From the NCBI RefSeq assembly GCF_009914755.1, contig NC_060943.1: a stretch of 64,000 nt of DNA; one strand, given 5' to 3'. The notes beneath the pieces were generated by a model that had not been told where the DNA came from, made no database searches, and saw only the letters and a program-made list of their open reading frames with translations. Of the stretch, positions 36,768 through 51,005 are shown piece after piece (the stretch's first letter is position 1; every line of letters starts with the position of its first letter). The DNA comes from the human T2T-CHM13v2.0 reference genome, Homo sapiens. Position numbers and translations under genes: made by a program.

Positions 36768-37338
36768 ATGAAGAAAATAAAACTCTTTTACTTCAAAATG
36801 TATTTCTATGATATAGTTTGAGATGGCTGTTCAGAAAGCCAGCAAACAGGAGGGGCCCTGCAAAGCTGTCTTGTATGGGGCGATTTGCATCTGCAGATAA
36901 ATTCTGCACGGATGCAGCCAGGCTTTCTCAGAGGCCATCCTCCCTCGTCCTACTGTAGGAAAGATGGACAGAGAGTCTGACATCTTTAAAGGTCTGAAAG
37001 AAACATTCGCCATCTATTCTCTCTGAGGCCTGCTACCCGGGAGGTTTCATCTATATGACAAGACCACCTCGGCTAGCTTGGCCTCTTCTTCTCTTTCTCC
37101 CATAGCCTGTGTTGCCACAATGCGAGCCTCCATTCTTCAACCTCAAGATGGTGTGAAATCTTCTGCACTCCATCCGGGGCATGGGGTTGGGTAATCACCC
37201 TATGAGTTACCCTACGATGCTCCCTGTGTTCAGGAGAGTATATTTGTTTGACTTTTCTCCAATTAATTTTGCCTTTCATGAGTTTATTTTCCAGCAAAAC
37301 TTCAGAGCAAAAAGGAAGGTTTTACCTTGGCCTCTGCA
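36768..37338 (+). mobile_element. MER34-group LTR
   Basis: TTTGAGATGGCTGTTCAG...GGTCTGAAAGAAACATT..CTATTCTCTCTGAGG...CAGCAAAACTTCAGAG. Confidence 0.65.
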
Positions 37339-37689
37339 ATGATAATGAGTTCAGATGTAACATGAAAAATTTAGGAAAGATTGGGAGAATTTTTTTTAAA
37401 GATCCAGGAATTTATCTTAGGGGAAAAAAAAGGAATAGTACTGGAAGGAGGATGCAGGAAGAATGAGAGAGAGAGAGAGAAAGGGAGATTGGGGCAAGTG
37501 AGGAGGAAGGAGGGTTTGTGGACGTCTGACATGCTGGAGAGATAATGAGGAGACCAGTTGGGGGAATATGAGCTTAAGAGGTTCTAGTGTGTGCCTATTC
37601 GAGACACTGGAGAAACAATGGAATTATTTTTTAGAGCTTCTCTGGATATAGAAGATGGTTTCCATTTGAATGGGATGCCACCATGTTGA

Positions 37690-38287
37690 GCCAGGAAATA
37701 AGGCTTTCCTTAAAGGGGCTGCTTACCACAGACATTGATTCTCTCGCAGTCCTGGAGGCTGGAAATCTGAGACAAGGTGTGAGCGGGGCTGGTTCCTCCT
37801 GAGGCCTCTCTCCTGGGCTTGGAGATGCTGTCTTCTCCCTGTGTTCTCCCATGGTGGTTCCTCTCTGTGTAGGTCTATGTCCTCATCTCCTCTTCTTATA
37901 AGGACACCAGTCCTGTTGGATTAGGGCCCACTCTAGTGACCTCGTTTTACCTTAATCCAATCTTGTCCATTCTGCAGCCCTAGGGCCACATGCAGCCCAG
38001 GACAGCTTTGAATGTTGCCCAACACAAATACGTACTTTTTTAAAACATGAGATTTATACACGGACCTGTTTTTTCGCTCATCAGCTATTGTTAGTGTATT
38101 TTATGTTTGGCCCACAACAATTCTTCTTCTTCCATTGTGGCCCAGGGAAGCCAAAAGATTGGACTCCTTTGCCTTAATCACTTCTTTAAAGGCCCTACCT
38201 ACAAATACAGTCACATTCTGAGGTCTTGGGGGCTAGGACTTCCATGGATGGATTGGGTGAGGGGGCCTCGACTCAGCTCATAACAGC
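37690..38287 (-). mobile_element. MLT1 LTR with nested MER30 DNA transposon (37958-38171)
   Basis: CTCTCGCAGTCCTGGAGGCTGGAAATCTGAG...CTTATAAGGACACCAGTC. The MER30 end GGCCCAGGGAAGCCAAAAGATTGGAC has an 8-bp hAT TSD CCTTAATC (37950-37957, 38172-38179). Confidence 0.85.
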
Positions 38288-38886
38288 AGAGTTCTAATGG
38301 TGGTTCTCAGTCTTTGTTTTGAGGAAAGTGGTCGCTTAAATAACGACATATGGAAAAGATACAATTTAAGTAATAGAGACTTCCCAGGCAAACCCCATGT
38401 AAGGGGAGGAATCGAACGTATCAAGGGCATTCCCCAAGCCCAAGGTGATAGAGGTGAGAAATGCTCACTTATTAGTGCCTATTTCAGTCTCCTGATAGAT
38501 TTTCATTTAGTATGCTGTAAACAAAAATATCCCTGCAGACACTGGCACTTGAGGGATTACAGTGGTGAGGAGAAATTCCCTTATTTATTTGTGGAATTCA
38601 GTGAAGCATTTCACAGTCCACCTTCTGGGGATAATCTGTTCATTGCCATGGAGTAAATCAATAGCCTTCATTTAGATTCTTAACTGGCAATTTGATCTCA
38701 TTCACTTTACCCAACACTCATTGGCTGGAGGGATGTTGGAGACTGGGAGCAGGCTCCTAAAAAGGGTCTTGAAAATGTTATTTCAACAAAGATTAATTTT
38801 GAGGCATTGAGAGTTTCAGAAAGGTTGACTTTTTTTTCTGAAGCTCTTCTAAGCCAATCTTAAATGAATCCTCAGAGGACTATTTC

Positions 38887-38903
38887 TGTGGGTGTGTGTC
38901 TGC

Positions 38904-38935
<32 letters not shown>

Positions 38936-38945
38936 ATGTGTGTGT
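38887..38945. repeat. (TG)n microsatellite
   Basis: Directly visible. Confidence 0.97.
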
Positions 38946-39714
38946 CTTGCCCCATTCCAATTCTCCATCCCCATGCTGAGGAGGCTGGAGGATTCAGAAT
39001 GCAGAATCAGGTGTATTTTTAAAAAATCATTATGTCTGTCCTCACCAAAACACTGGCTATTTCTATCTTTCCTTCTCATTTTACTCTGCTATAGGAATCT
39101 AAGTAAATCATCTTTAGGAAATACCAAGACCTACCAGGGGTTTTAGATTGATGGCGGCCGACACAACCTAGTATTGATAGCCCATGTAAATGTTTGCCAT
39201 CCAGATGACAAGGATAACGACAAAACTAACATGACCTGCCCCATGGTGTGCTAGACCCACATCTCTTGGGGAATGTTTTGAAGCAAGTTAATGCAAGCTA
39301 CTTGATAAAGGGCTTCTGTGATGAAATGAGAATGGGGAAGCTGAGTTAAACAAAATCAAACAGTGTTCTGTGTTGGAAGCTTCTCAAATCCTTAACCATG
39401 CTGAAAAGCTTAGAGTATTTCCAGGAGAATGGCATGGCACCCCGCATCCCAGACCTGCACAGCCCCTGCTCAGGCCATCTTGTGGGATGAACAGTATGCA
39501 AAACACACATTCTGGAACATGCTTGAAGAGAGGGGAGGCCACTCTCTAGCTTGGGCACAGTTCTGGCTCTGGCACACACTGACAACGTGACACCGGGTGA
39601 CAGTCCCTCTGTAAACTGCGCTTCCTCATATGCGAGAGGCCATGGAACGTTGGCCTCTCAGACGTTACTGGCTCTAACATTATTTTGCCAAAAATAAAAT
39701 AATTAGGGTGGATG

Positions 39715-40259
39715 TGTTACAGGAAAGTGGTCCAGATCCAGACCCCAAGAGAGGGTTCTTGGATTTCACCAAGAAAGAATTCAGGTCGAGTCCATAAAAT
39801 GAAAGCAAGTTTATGAAGAAAGTAAAGGAATAAAAGAATGGCTACTCCATAGACAGAGCAGCCGTGAGGGCTGCTGCTTACCCATTTTTATGGTTATTTC
39901 TTGATGATATGCTAAACGAGGGGTGTATTATTCATACCTCCCCTTTTTAGTCCATATAGGGTAACTTCCTGATGTTGCCATGGCATTTGTAAACTGTCAT
40001 GGCGCTGGTGGGAAGGTAGTAGTGAGGATGACTAGAGGTCACTCTTGTTGTCATCTTGGCTTTGGTGGAGTTTCACTGGCTTCTGTGCAACCTGTTTTAT
40101 CAGCAAGGTCTTTATGACCTGTATATTGTGCCGACCTCCTGTCTCATCCTGTGACTTAGAACGCCTTAAGTGTCTGGGAATGCAACCCAGTGGGTCTCAG
40201 CCTCATTTTACCCAGCCTTTATTCAAGATGGAGTTGTTCTTGTTCAAATGTCTCTGACA
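39715..40259 (-). mobile_element. Solo MER41A LTR, inverted relative to 35209-35755
   Basis: Reverse-complement homolog of the first MER41A; ORFs 35211-35426(-) and 40045-40257(+) give near-identical peptides. Perfect TSD GATG. Confidence 0.9.
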
Positions 40260-40574
40260 GATGTAATAGGTAACGCTCAGACACTGACATCAGAGGCAAT
40301 GCAACCTTAACAGAATTGGCTGACATATATCTCTGGGTATAAATAAAGTCTCAGCTTTCCCCTGAGACGTAATGATGAGTGTCCCTAAAGTTTGCTTCAC
40401 CCTTCCACGCTAAACTCGCTCCACTGTTCCATCATCTGCTTTAAAGCCACAAGGACAGCCAGTTAGGCCTTTGTCATCATCACTTTTAACTTTTGTTTAA
40501 CTTTTAACAAAGATTGGCCTTTTTAAAGGCTCAGTTATATTAAAAAAAACAACTGCCTGCCACTTACGCAGTCC

Positions 40575-42355
40575 ATGGATTTTAAACAAAGCTGGCAATG
40601 CAAGTCAATGGGAAAAGAATAGTCTTTTTCAACACATGGAATTGGAAAAACTGGATACCTATATGGATAAAAATGAACTTTGATCCCTTACTCCATACTC
40701 TGCACAAGCATTAAATTAAGATTAACTGAGATTTGATCTGAATGTAAAATCTAAAATTGTGAAGCTTTTACAATAAAACAAAGCTAGACAAAGACTCCTT
40801 CTACAAATACCTGGCACTAAACATTAAAAAATCATAAATTGTGCTCATCAAAAATACATCTGCTCTTCAAGATAGATGAAAAGGCAATTCACTGACTTTG
40901 AGACCAAGTGTTTCTGTTCAGAATATGTAAAGGAATTCTAAAACTCAACATAAAAAGACAAAAATAAAACAAAAACACATGCAAAAAATAAAAAAAGATA
41001 GAAAATAAGCAAATTATTTGGACAAAAGGCTCCCAAAAAAGGAAATGCAAATAGCTAGCAATCACAGGAAAAGATGCTCAATATTATTAGTTATCAAGGA
41101 AATAAAAAGTAAAACCATGAGATACTCATACCCATTAGAATGGCTACAGTTAAAACGACTGACAGTACTAAGTTTTGCTGAGGATGTGGAGCAATTGGAA
41201 TGCTCATGTATTGAGGTGAGAATATAAAATGGTGCAAACACTTTTAATAACTACCCTATGGCTCAACAATTCCACTTATAGATATATACCAAAGAGATAT
41301 GAAAGCATATATTCATCCACACAAAGACCTGTACACAGATATTCATTGTAGCGTTATTCATGATAACTTCAATCGGAGCAGAACCCAAATGCTTACCAAA
41401 GGATGAATGGATAAACATACTGTTACATATTCATATAATGACATAATACTAACAGATAATAAAAGGAATAACTATTGTTACCTGCAATGGAAACACATAT
41501 AAATGTCAGAAATAGTACGTTGTTAAATAGGCCAGATACGAAAGAGAATATGTTGCATGATTCCATTTATATAAAGTTCTAGAAGAGACAACGTGAAAGT
41601 CATGGTAATAAGAACAGCAGTTGCCTGAAGTTTTGTGGTTTGGCGATATGAGGAAATTTTCTGGAGTGATGGAAATATTCTATATTTTTATTCGGATGAT
41701 GTTTTCACAGGTGAATATATTTGTGTAAACTCATCAGAATATATAAAAAGATTCTACAACTCAAAATAAAATTTTAAAAAACCACAAAAAGTTATTGTGA
41801 TGGTTAATATTGAGTGTCAACTTGATTGGATTGAAAGGATATAAGTATTGCTCCTGGGTGTGTCTACAAGGGTATTGTCAAAGGAGATTAATATTTGAGT
41901 CAGTGGACTGGGAGAGGCAGCCCCTTCCTCAATTTGGGTGTGCACCATCTAATCAGCTGCCAGCGTGGTAGGATAAAAGCAGGCAGAGGAACGTGAGAGG
42001 ACTAGATGGGCTTAGTCTTCTGGCCTACATCTTTCTCCCAGCTGGATGCTTCCTGCCCTCGAAAATCAGACTCCAAGTTCTTCAACTTTGGGACTCGGAC
42101 CTTTGAACACAGACTGAAGCCTGCACTGTCGGCTTCCCTAGTTTTGAGGCTTTGGGACTTGGACTGACTTCCTGGATCCTCAGCTTGCAGATGACTTATT
42201 GTGGGACCTCACCTTGTGATCATGTGAGTCAATGCTCCTTAACAAACTCCCCTTTATATATACATCTATGCTACTACTTCTGTCCATCTAGAGAACCTTG
42301 AGTAATAGAGTTATGCATTTTTATTAAATGTAAATTATGCCTTAATTAAAAATAA
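40575..42355 (+). mobile_element. Old L1M (MC/MD/ME) 3' fragment
   Basis: GGGAAAAGAATAGTCTTTTTCAAC, GAAAAGATGCTCAATATTATTAG, ATGATTCCATTTATATAAAGTTCTAGAA. Confidence 0.8.
41796..42309 (+). mobile_element. Solo MLT2A (HERV-L) LTR
   Basis: TGTGATGGTTAATATTGAGTGTCAACTTGATTGGATTGA start. 5-bp TSD GTTAT. Confidence 0.92.
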
Positions 42356-43294
42356 ATATCTTCTCAACCTCCAAAAAGAGACTTTCTGTCTGAAACTTGA
42401 GAATAAGTCTAAAGTTTTCATTTAATAATGAATTTGTAAAAGACAGGAAAATTGATTTTGGCATTAATTTGTTCAACAAATATCTGTTGAGCATGTCCTA
42501 TGTGGCAGGGGCTGAGTGTGGGGTGTGGATTGGGTGAATGTAAGGAACATATAGTTCCTGGCTCCCTAGAGCTCATGGTCTAGGGGTTGGAGAGAATTGG
42601 TACATTGGGATTTTAAAGGGGGTGCCAAAAGTGGTGATGACAAAGCTCAGGGAAGAACAACTGGAGTGGAGGGAGGGCATCAACATGGATGCTGAACCAA
42701 GCCAATGTACTGCTAAGAGTGAGGTGGAAAGTATCATGTGAACCCCAGAGCTTCAATTGTCAATAAGTATTGGGGTGTGACCAGCAGATTGATAGAAGAC
42801 AGCAAAGAGAGAGGGGTGAATGCCAATAGAGCAGAATAGCATGACTTGTCAAGAGACAGGACTTTTCAAGGTGAAAGGAAGGGAGATGGTCCTGAAGCAG
42901 CAGTCATGTCTATGACCCACCTAAGCCCTAAGCAATGACAGATAGGAACAGAGTCAGGGTCCTCAGAGGACAACCTAGTTTTAATTAAGGACAGAAGTTG
43001 AGAAGAATATTTTAAGAAACATTTGAGGACATATTACAGTTTGCTGGCTATGGGTTAGGGTAGGGTGGAAGAGAGATATTTGGAATAAAGGGTATGGATG
43101 GGACAAGACAAAGCAGGGCACCAGCCCTACCTTGGACCTTTCCTTAACTTGAGACAGCCATGTCCATGTTGATTCAGCCAATCTGACTCAGGTATTATGT
43201 AACTTGAAGTTGAACCATCCCAACTGATATAAGTGGTGATACTGAGTAACACAAATGTGCTTTCTGGATTCACACATGTACTTTTTTTACATGA

Positions 43295-43664
<370 letters not shown>

Positions 43665-43859
43665 GATTTTTTTCAACAGTATCCTCAAGAAGTATTCATC
43701 ATTCAACTCTTTCTAGGAAAGGTATTTAAAAAAGAAGAAAAATATCATTTCTGGCCTGGAATGTCAAGACATACATCTCTTAGAGATTTAGTTCTAATAA
43801 TTATTGTAGAGTCTTGTGGATGTTTCTTATAATTTTAATTTTTACAAAAACAAATCTGT

Positions 43860-43972
43860 CCATCCATGCATCTACGTATGTATGTATATATGTATGTATC
43901 TATCTATCTTCATCATCATAATTATGCATCTAGGATCTATCTATTGTGTATCTATCTAATAATCTATCTATG
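43860..43972. repeat. (TATG)n/(TATC)n degenerate tetranucleotide repeat
   Basis: Directly visible. Confidence 0.85.
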
Positions 43973-45054
43973 CAGAACTGCAACATTTACATGACTGGCC
44001 CATACCGCCCTCTGCTCCCCACTTTTTCTAATCTTCAAAATCAAGTTTCTGGACTCAGGGCTATGAAATGCAAAGTGAAACAGCTCATGTCCAATGGTCT
44101 GACACTCTGCTGCTCATGAAAACATGCAACATCCAACTGAGTTTTTCATTTTTAACATCAGCAGATCTAGTTCTCTATCTTCATAGAGAGTTATTTTTAA
44201 TTTTATTAGGGGATAAATTCTTTTTTAATAAAGAAATTATTAGGTATCAAAATACCACAATCTCTTTTTGGATACAACTAGATTATGTGTATGGGTGAAG
44301 TATTTTCAACTTAAGAATAACATTCCTGTTCCTTGAACACTATTTTGGAAGTTTGGGTTAAGGGATATTAACTTCCTTAAGACAAAACAGACTCACAGTT
44401 GAAAACTACTCACCTTCTCTATAGAAGTTGCTTAATATCAATAATTTTTATTGTATTGGAACAAAATAGACTATAACTTTTTATAAGATACATATAGGTT
44501 TACTACTAAATATTCTTAAAATGAATATAATGCTATAATATTCTTATTTTGAGGTAATATATATATAGTCTGCAAAAATTAGGTTTCCTGGTGTCATTAA
44601 CCACTTATGCAATTATTTTTCTGAAATGAATACACATGCTGTACGTGCAGTTTTGCCTGATACAAGTTTTAAAACAACGTATATTGGAATCTTGGAACTA
44701 AAAATGAGAAAATCAGTGTCCCCTTGATGTCAATTTCAGTTCAAACTGCACTTGCTATTTTATTTTTAATTGGTTACTTACATTATCTGTACATTGTCAC
44801 AGTTGATGGTATTTGTTTACTTCTCTGTGACCATAATTTGCACAGATTTAACCATAATACATCCTTAAAGATTACAAGAAATCTTTTAGACACAGCTCCT
44901 CTCAGTTGCTGAGGATCCAACTTTTACTCATTTGTTTTCTTCATGAATATGTATTTCCTGAGTTGTATGTTTGTACATAGCTATTTGTAGCCTTTGAAGT
45001 TTATGGAAGTTTGTTTGGTTGCATTCTTGGGGCACATTTTCTTTCCCTGATGAC

Positions 45055-45472
45055 TGTTAAGGTTAGGATATTTGACCCTTCCAAAGCTCATGTTGAAATT
45101 TAGTCCCCAATATTGGAGGCTGGGCCTAATACAAGGTGTTTGGGTCATGGGGACAGATCCCCCCCATTGAATAGATTAATGTCCTCTCCTGATGGTGAAT
45201 GAATTCTTCCTCTATTAGTTCCTGCAAGACCTGGTTGTTAAAAGAGCGGGCCACCTCCCCGGTTTCTCTCTTGCTTCCTCGCTCATGTAATCTCTGCACA
45301 TGCTGGCTTCCCCTTCTCTTCTGCCATGAGTGGGAGCAGACTGTGGCCATCACCAGACGAAGATGCCCAATTTTGAACTTTCCAGCCACCAGAATCATAA
45401 GCCAAATCATCCCTTTGCCTTTATAAATTATCCAGCCTCGGGTATTCTTTATAGCAACACAAAAGGGACAGG
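45055..45472 (+). mobile_element. MaLR MST LTR within old L1M sequence
   Basis: CTCATGTTGAAATTTAGTCCCCAATATTGGAGG...TTTATAAATTATCCAGCCTCGGGTATTCTTTATAGCAACACAAAA. Confidence 0.85.
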
Positions 45473-47902
45473 ACTTTTTATATCTTGCCCCACTGTCTTC
45501 TAGCATTTCATGTGTCCCATAAAGAAATCTTAGTCTCCTAGGTTTTTTTTTTTTTCTGAATATCCACAGAATTCTTTCCATAACTTCAAATACCAGGAAT
45601 TTATTGGGGTATTTGTTAATTATTCAATATAAACACAGCCTTGTAATTCTTGGGCTATTTCTGTCTGCAGATTCAAATTTCACTGTATTTCAGGAATTTC
45701 ACCTTGAATTGTATCTTTGAAAATTTGTTTTCATGTTCCATTCATTTTTTAACCCATGCAAGGCATTTAGTGTTAATGATATTTGATCTCTTCCCTACCA
45801 CTCCCTCCCATCCCCCTCTTTTTCTCTATCTCTGTCTTCCATCTTTTACTTTTCGTTCTTTTCCATCTCACATGCTCATTTTTTCTTCTCAAAACCATCC
45901 TTCGAATTCCTTCAGTGGTGTCTCATCTCCCTTTTGCTGCTTCTATCATGACCTTTGATTTTGGTCTCTTTTTGTGTGTCTCTCTCTCTCTGAGATTCTG
46001 AGGCTCTGCCTATTCCGTTTTTATTCTCATTTGTTTCTAATTGTTTCTAAGACTCTGTATACTCCTTTTTCATTCTCATTTATTACTAATTTATTTCTGA
46101 GGCTTTATCCACTCACTTTTCATTCCCATATAACCTAATGTATTATCAGTTCTTCCTTAAAGCCTTATATTGCTTCTTTAAATTCTCATTTCAGAGAAAC
46201 AATATTGTCTTTAATTGATTCCTTAGAAATAACCTTGTTCATGGTTTTTGGCTGCGTTGTGGTATATAATCTTTCCGTTTCTCATCTTCATAAATCATGT
46301 TCTGTTCTTCTTTTTTCATTTCAGCATCATTATAAGGCCCCCGGCTGGCTCCACCCTTTTTAAGCAGCATTGTTCCTCATCTTTTTGGACTAGAATTTTG
46401 GGCAAAGTTCTGGGGAAAGGGGAAGAAGAATGTGCCAAACAAGTGGGAAGATTGGGTTTCAGTCTGTTATCTCTAGGATGTTTCTCAGCTGGACTTGGCC
46501 TGTGGGTTATCTGTTCTAGCATAGCAGGATATCTTCCAGGCTCACAAGGAGGCTGTGCATTTTACAGAACATTTTAATGTGATTATTTTACCTTGACTTA
46601 TCTTCACCAGGCAGCTTTGGGCAAAGACGGCCAGGTAGCTTTTATCTTATTGACTCTTCCTTCTATCCTATGCCATGATTGAAACATGATGTAGGCTTCC
46701 AAAACCAGGCCATGAACCTTGATCTTAACTTTCTAAGCATGGGATAGACACATTTCCTTTCAATGTGTGCCACCCATCCACTTTGGATAACTATGAGCTG
46801 GGTCCACTCTGCCTGAGTCAGACATAGAAAGATACCTTCTCTTGGAGTTCCCAAATACCTCCATCCACTTCTCATACACTTGGCTTTCTTCCTGCATCTA
46901 CTGTAATCCAGTGTTATAGGGGATCTGTAGCTTCATCCAAGATAACATTTGTTTGTTTCTTCTTCTCTTGTTTGCTTTGGATTGGTTTCATAAAGGAAAT
47001 CAGACAAAAATATATTTATACTACCATTTGAAAAGAAAAGATAAATTCCTTCTTTCAAATTCATTCCTTTTTGTTTCTTTCCAGTGAATCTCATGGGGTG
47101 AGGGGAGCACTGAAGGGAATGTCCAATCTACTCAAATCCAAAAAGTCACAGGTATAAGGCACAGAAAATTTTACCAGTCTAATGATGGCAGTTTTAATGC
47201 TATATAAGGACAGAGTATGCAAAAATGCTATTAATGAGGATGAGGAGCTGGGAGTTCGCAAAATGTTGGCCCAGATGAGTGCAGCAGACATTTGGCCCAG
47301 GTGAGCCTAGCAGATATTTACATGAAATATTAGGGAGCATCCATCTGGGCTATGTGACTTAGGCTGGCGATACACGACAGAGGATTCCAATTTGTTGTAT
47401 AAATCACCCTCAGAGCCCCCAGCAGTGAACACATAGGGGGTTCTTTTCATTTTCATGATGCTTAATATAGTCTTTAAAAATAATTAAAATTAGGTGAAGT
47501 GTGTAGATTTCTGAGAAATTACAGAAAGACATTAGTTTTGATACCTCTTGCTTGTAGCATTTGACCAACATAAACAAACTAAAAGGTTTAAAAAGAACAG
47601 GGATTCTTCCCAGTGGTATAGTGTAATGGGTAGGGAAAAAAAGTTCAAAATTGATAAATAGACCAATATTATTCTCAAAACTCATACCACTGTCATTGGG
47701 AAGAAATGAATACATATTACTTAGTCACTTCATGTTACCATATACTTATATTAACACAACAAAAAGGAAATTATACGAAAAAAAGTCATACATTTAAAGG
47801 ATGGAAGAAAATCCTAGGTTTACTCGGAGCTCAAGATCCCATTGAGATGAATATTGTTCTTTCCTCAGATTGTTCCTTCATTTCATTCATTCACTTATGT
47901 AT

Positions 47903-48222
47903 GCATTTATTTATTTAGAGATGGGGTCTATTTCTGTATTTATTTATTTATTTATTGATGGAGTATTGCTCTGATGCCCAGGCTGGAGTATAGTGGCACA
48001 ATCATAGCTCACTGCAGCCTTGAACTCCTGGGCTCAAGTGATGCTCCTGCGTCAGTCTCCTGAGTAGCTGGGACTGTAGGTGTTTGCCACCACGCCCCGC
48101 TAATTTTTAAGTTTTTTTTGTATTGATTGGGTTTCCCTATGTTTCCCATGCTGGCCTTTAACTTTTCAGCTCAGCGATCTTCTGCCCTGGCCTCCCAAAG
48201 TGCTGGGATTACAGGTGTGTCC
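47903..48222 (-). mobile_element. AluJ with duplicated tail segment
   Basis: CTGCAGCCTTGAACTCCTGGGCTCAAG; (TTTA)n tail. Confidence 0.9.
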
Positions 48223-48361
48223 CTTCATTTCTAATGAAGGAAGGTTTTCCTTTGAATATTCACAACAGATATTTTTAAAAGAAAGGCAGATTTGAAGCAA
48301 CCATCAACAAGCTTTACCTGAAAATTAATCTGATATTTACAATTGCATTATATAAAAGAAA

Positions 48362-48750
48362 TGTTACAGACTGAATTGTGCCACACCTACCCCAAAACTC
48401 TTATGTTGAAATCCTAACACCCAGTACCTGGAATGTGATTGTATTTGGAGATGGGTCATTAAGGAGTAAATTAAAGTAAAATGAGGTCACATGGGTGGGC
48501 CCTAATCCAATAGGACTGGTGTCCTTATAAGAAGAGGAGATGAGGACACAGACACACACAGATAGATGACCCTGTGAGGATACAGGGAGAAGACACCATC
48601 TACAAGCCCAGGAGAGAGGCCTCAGGAGGCACCATTCCTGCTGACACCTTGATCTCAGACCTCTAGCTTCTAGAACTGTAAGAACAATTGTTGCTGTTTA
48701 AGCATTCCCATATGTGGGACTTTGTTATGGCTGCCTGAGCAGCCTAATGG
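48362..48750 (+). mobile_element. MLT1B-like LTR
   Basis: TGTTACAGACTGAATTGTG...GGGCCCTAATCCAATAGGACTGGTGTCCTTATAAGAAGAGGAGA. Confidence 0.85.
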
Positions 48751-50869
48751 GAGTGCAAAGACTTTCTTTAAATAATGTATAACAATGCTGGTTTGGAAAT
48801 GACTATCCAGTGTTGAGTTCAAAACTTTATCTTTATGGATGCTGCTATGAGTGAGTGTCTAATTTGGGGGCATAATATTGACATTCTTCGGGAGAAATGC
48901 AGACTCCAATCAGTGCAGAAAATGGCACAGAATAATGTTTAAATATGCCCTCCAGGCCATAACATGGTTGGGTTAGGAGGAGGAATATTAACCATTCCCA
49001 TCCTAAAACACAGAATTTTGGGTTTCTTTCTGTGAGTTCACCACCTCTGACCTTCACAGTTAAGGGACCATCACACAGACATCTGCCATTTTCATATAAC
49101 TGTCTATCCAAACAAAGGCTGAAAATTCAGCATGGAGGAACTCTCCCAGCACCCGTGGTCAGCCCCTTGGCCTGCATCCCCACCCTGGGCACTGGTGTGG
49201 GGGTGGGATTCTTTATGAACTTGGGCCCCAATTCTGCTTCCCCTGGAAAGCTGGACCCACACAACATCACCCTCATATGCAGACCCTCATGTCTGGGCAC
49301 CTGTGCCTACCCGGAGCTGGGGGTCTGCTCTAGGAGCTGGTTCAGGACAGGATACTCCCATCCAATCTGTGCCCACCATAGAAAAGAGCCAGCCAAGTGC
49401 CTGCTACTACAGGGCTCTTCACACATGGAAAAGCTGCCCTGGGGAAGTGTCCCAGGAAAGGGCAGGGGGACAAAAAAAGGTCACAGTGATTTGCCTCCAG
49501 ACACTGGACACTCTTCCCTGGAGAGTACAGGGCATGCTCCTCTCCAAACCTGATCTTGCTACATTTGTGCTGCCCACAGTAGTGGTGCCACTGAGTTTTC
49601 AAAGAAGACAGCAGGCCCTGAATTGTGCAAGGAAAATAAGTGCTTGAATTTTGTAGCATGCATGCAGTGTTCTACTTTTAAGAATGGTACCAGGCTCCTC
49701 TGATATTCAAGAAAGGCCCCCAACAGCTCAGATGGTAGTTTTCTAATCCTGTCTTCCCACATGCACATTTACCTCCTCCACCCAAGAACTGAATAACAGA
49801 CATGAGTGCTCAGGACGTCATGCTGTCTACTGTCATCCCCTTCCTAAGACCCCCTCTCCCCATCTCTTGACACCCCTGTTCTTAGCTCCCTCTTTCTTTC
49901 TGGCCTGTTACACTCAACCTCTCCAGCATCCTAACAAGTACCCACTCAAACCTATTTCCTCCCCTGCTGTGCTGCTTCTTCAAAAGTGCTTTGCTTCTCA
50001 TCCTCACCTTCTTTCCTTGCCCTCTTCCCTGCTTCCCTCTTCAAAGCACTTCTCAGCTACAAATGAGAAGGAAGGGATCTGATTAAACAGGCTATGAGCA
50101 GAGTCATGTTCTGAGGAGATTTGCATTTTTAAGAGGAGATTAATGACCACATCTGACAATGTGACCCTGGAATCTTATGCAGAGTGATAGGGGATTTGGG
50201 ATGAGCTCCGTTCAGGGTAGGAAGCGAGAGTTTGGATCTGAAATACTTTTCAGATGCTGAAGTCATAGGAGCTTGCAGTTGCTTCCTGGGCAGAGCCATA
50301 AACAAACATCTCTTCTGCAGAGTGGGGGCTGAGAAGATGGAACAGTGACCCAGGAGCTATGGAATTATCTGGCCATGTTACACTTGCAGGACTACACACA
50401 TTTAAGTGAAAAAACATGCTTTTCGTCCGCCTGGCTGACCTCTTAGCCTGCTCTCCTCTTATTGTTCCCTTGAAGGCATCATTTTTTGAAAGAGAAATTT
50501 AAACCCTGTCCATCTCATCTTCTTTGGAAGAAAGTTAAGATTCCTTTCTGAGGTCTTTCATCATCTGGAGTTTAAAAGCTTCCTCTCCTCTATCAACTCT
50601 CTTTGAATCCCTCATGTCACACCAAACTTCAAAAGAGACAAATACTTTTGCATGATTCCCTGCAGGCTCTGTTTTGCCCTGTAGTGACAGCCCCATGTCT
50701 TCGCTTTCCTGACTGGAAAAACTTCTCAAGCTTTCTACATTCATGATCTCCACTTCTTCAGTGCAACCTTCTCCAGTTTGTCTCTGATCTCCAATGGTCC
50801 CTGCATTAATCTTGTCCGAGCCACAGGTGACCCTCATATCATCTCAGCTTCTACTTCCCAGTCTCTCTC

Positions 50870-51005
50870 TGTTTTTTTTTTTTTTTTTTTTTGAGACAGG
50901 GGTCTCACTCTGTTACCTAGGTTTGTCTCAAACTGTTGGGCTCAAAAGATCCTCCGACCTCATCTTCCTGAGTAGCTGGGGTAGGGGTGTGAGCCCTTCT
51001 GCTTG
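50870..51005 (-). mobile_element. Deleted Alu fragment
   Basis: T20 followed by GAGACAGGGGTCTCACTCTGTTACCTAGG. Confidence 0.8.

Noticed and set aside
45126-45581. 151-aa ORF and similar ORFs in Alu, L1 and LTR sequence
   Set aside because: They lie within MaLR/Alu/L1 repeats and are chance open frames.
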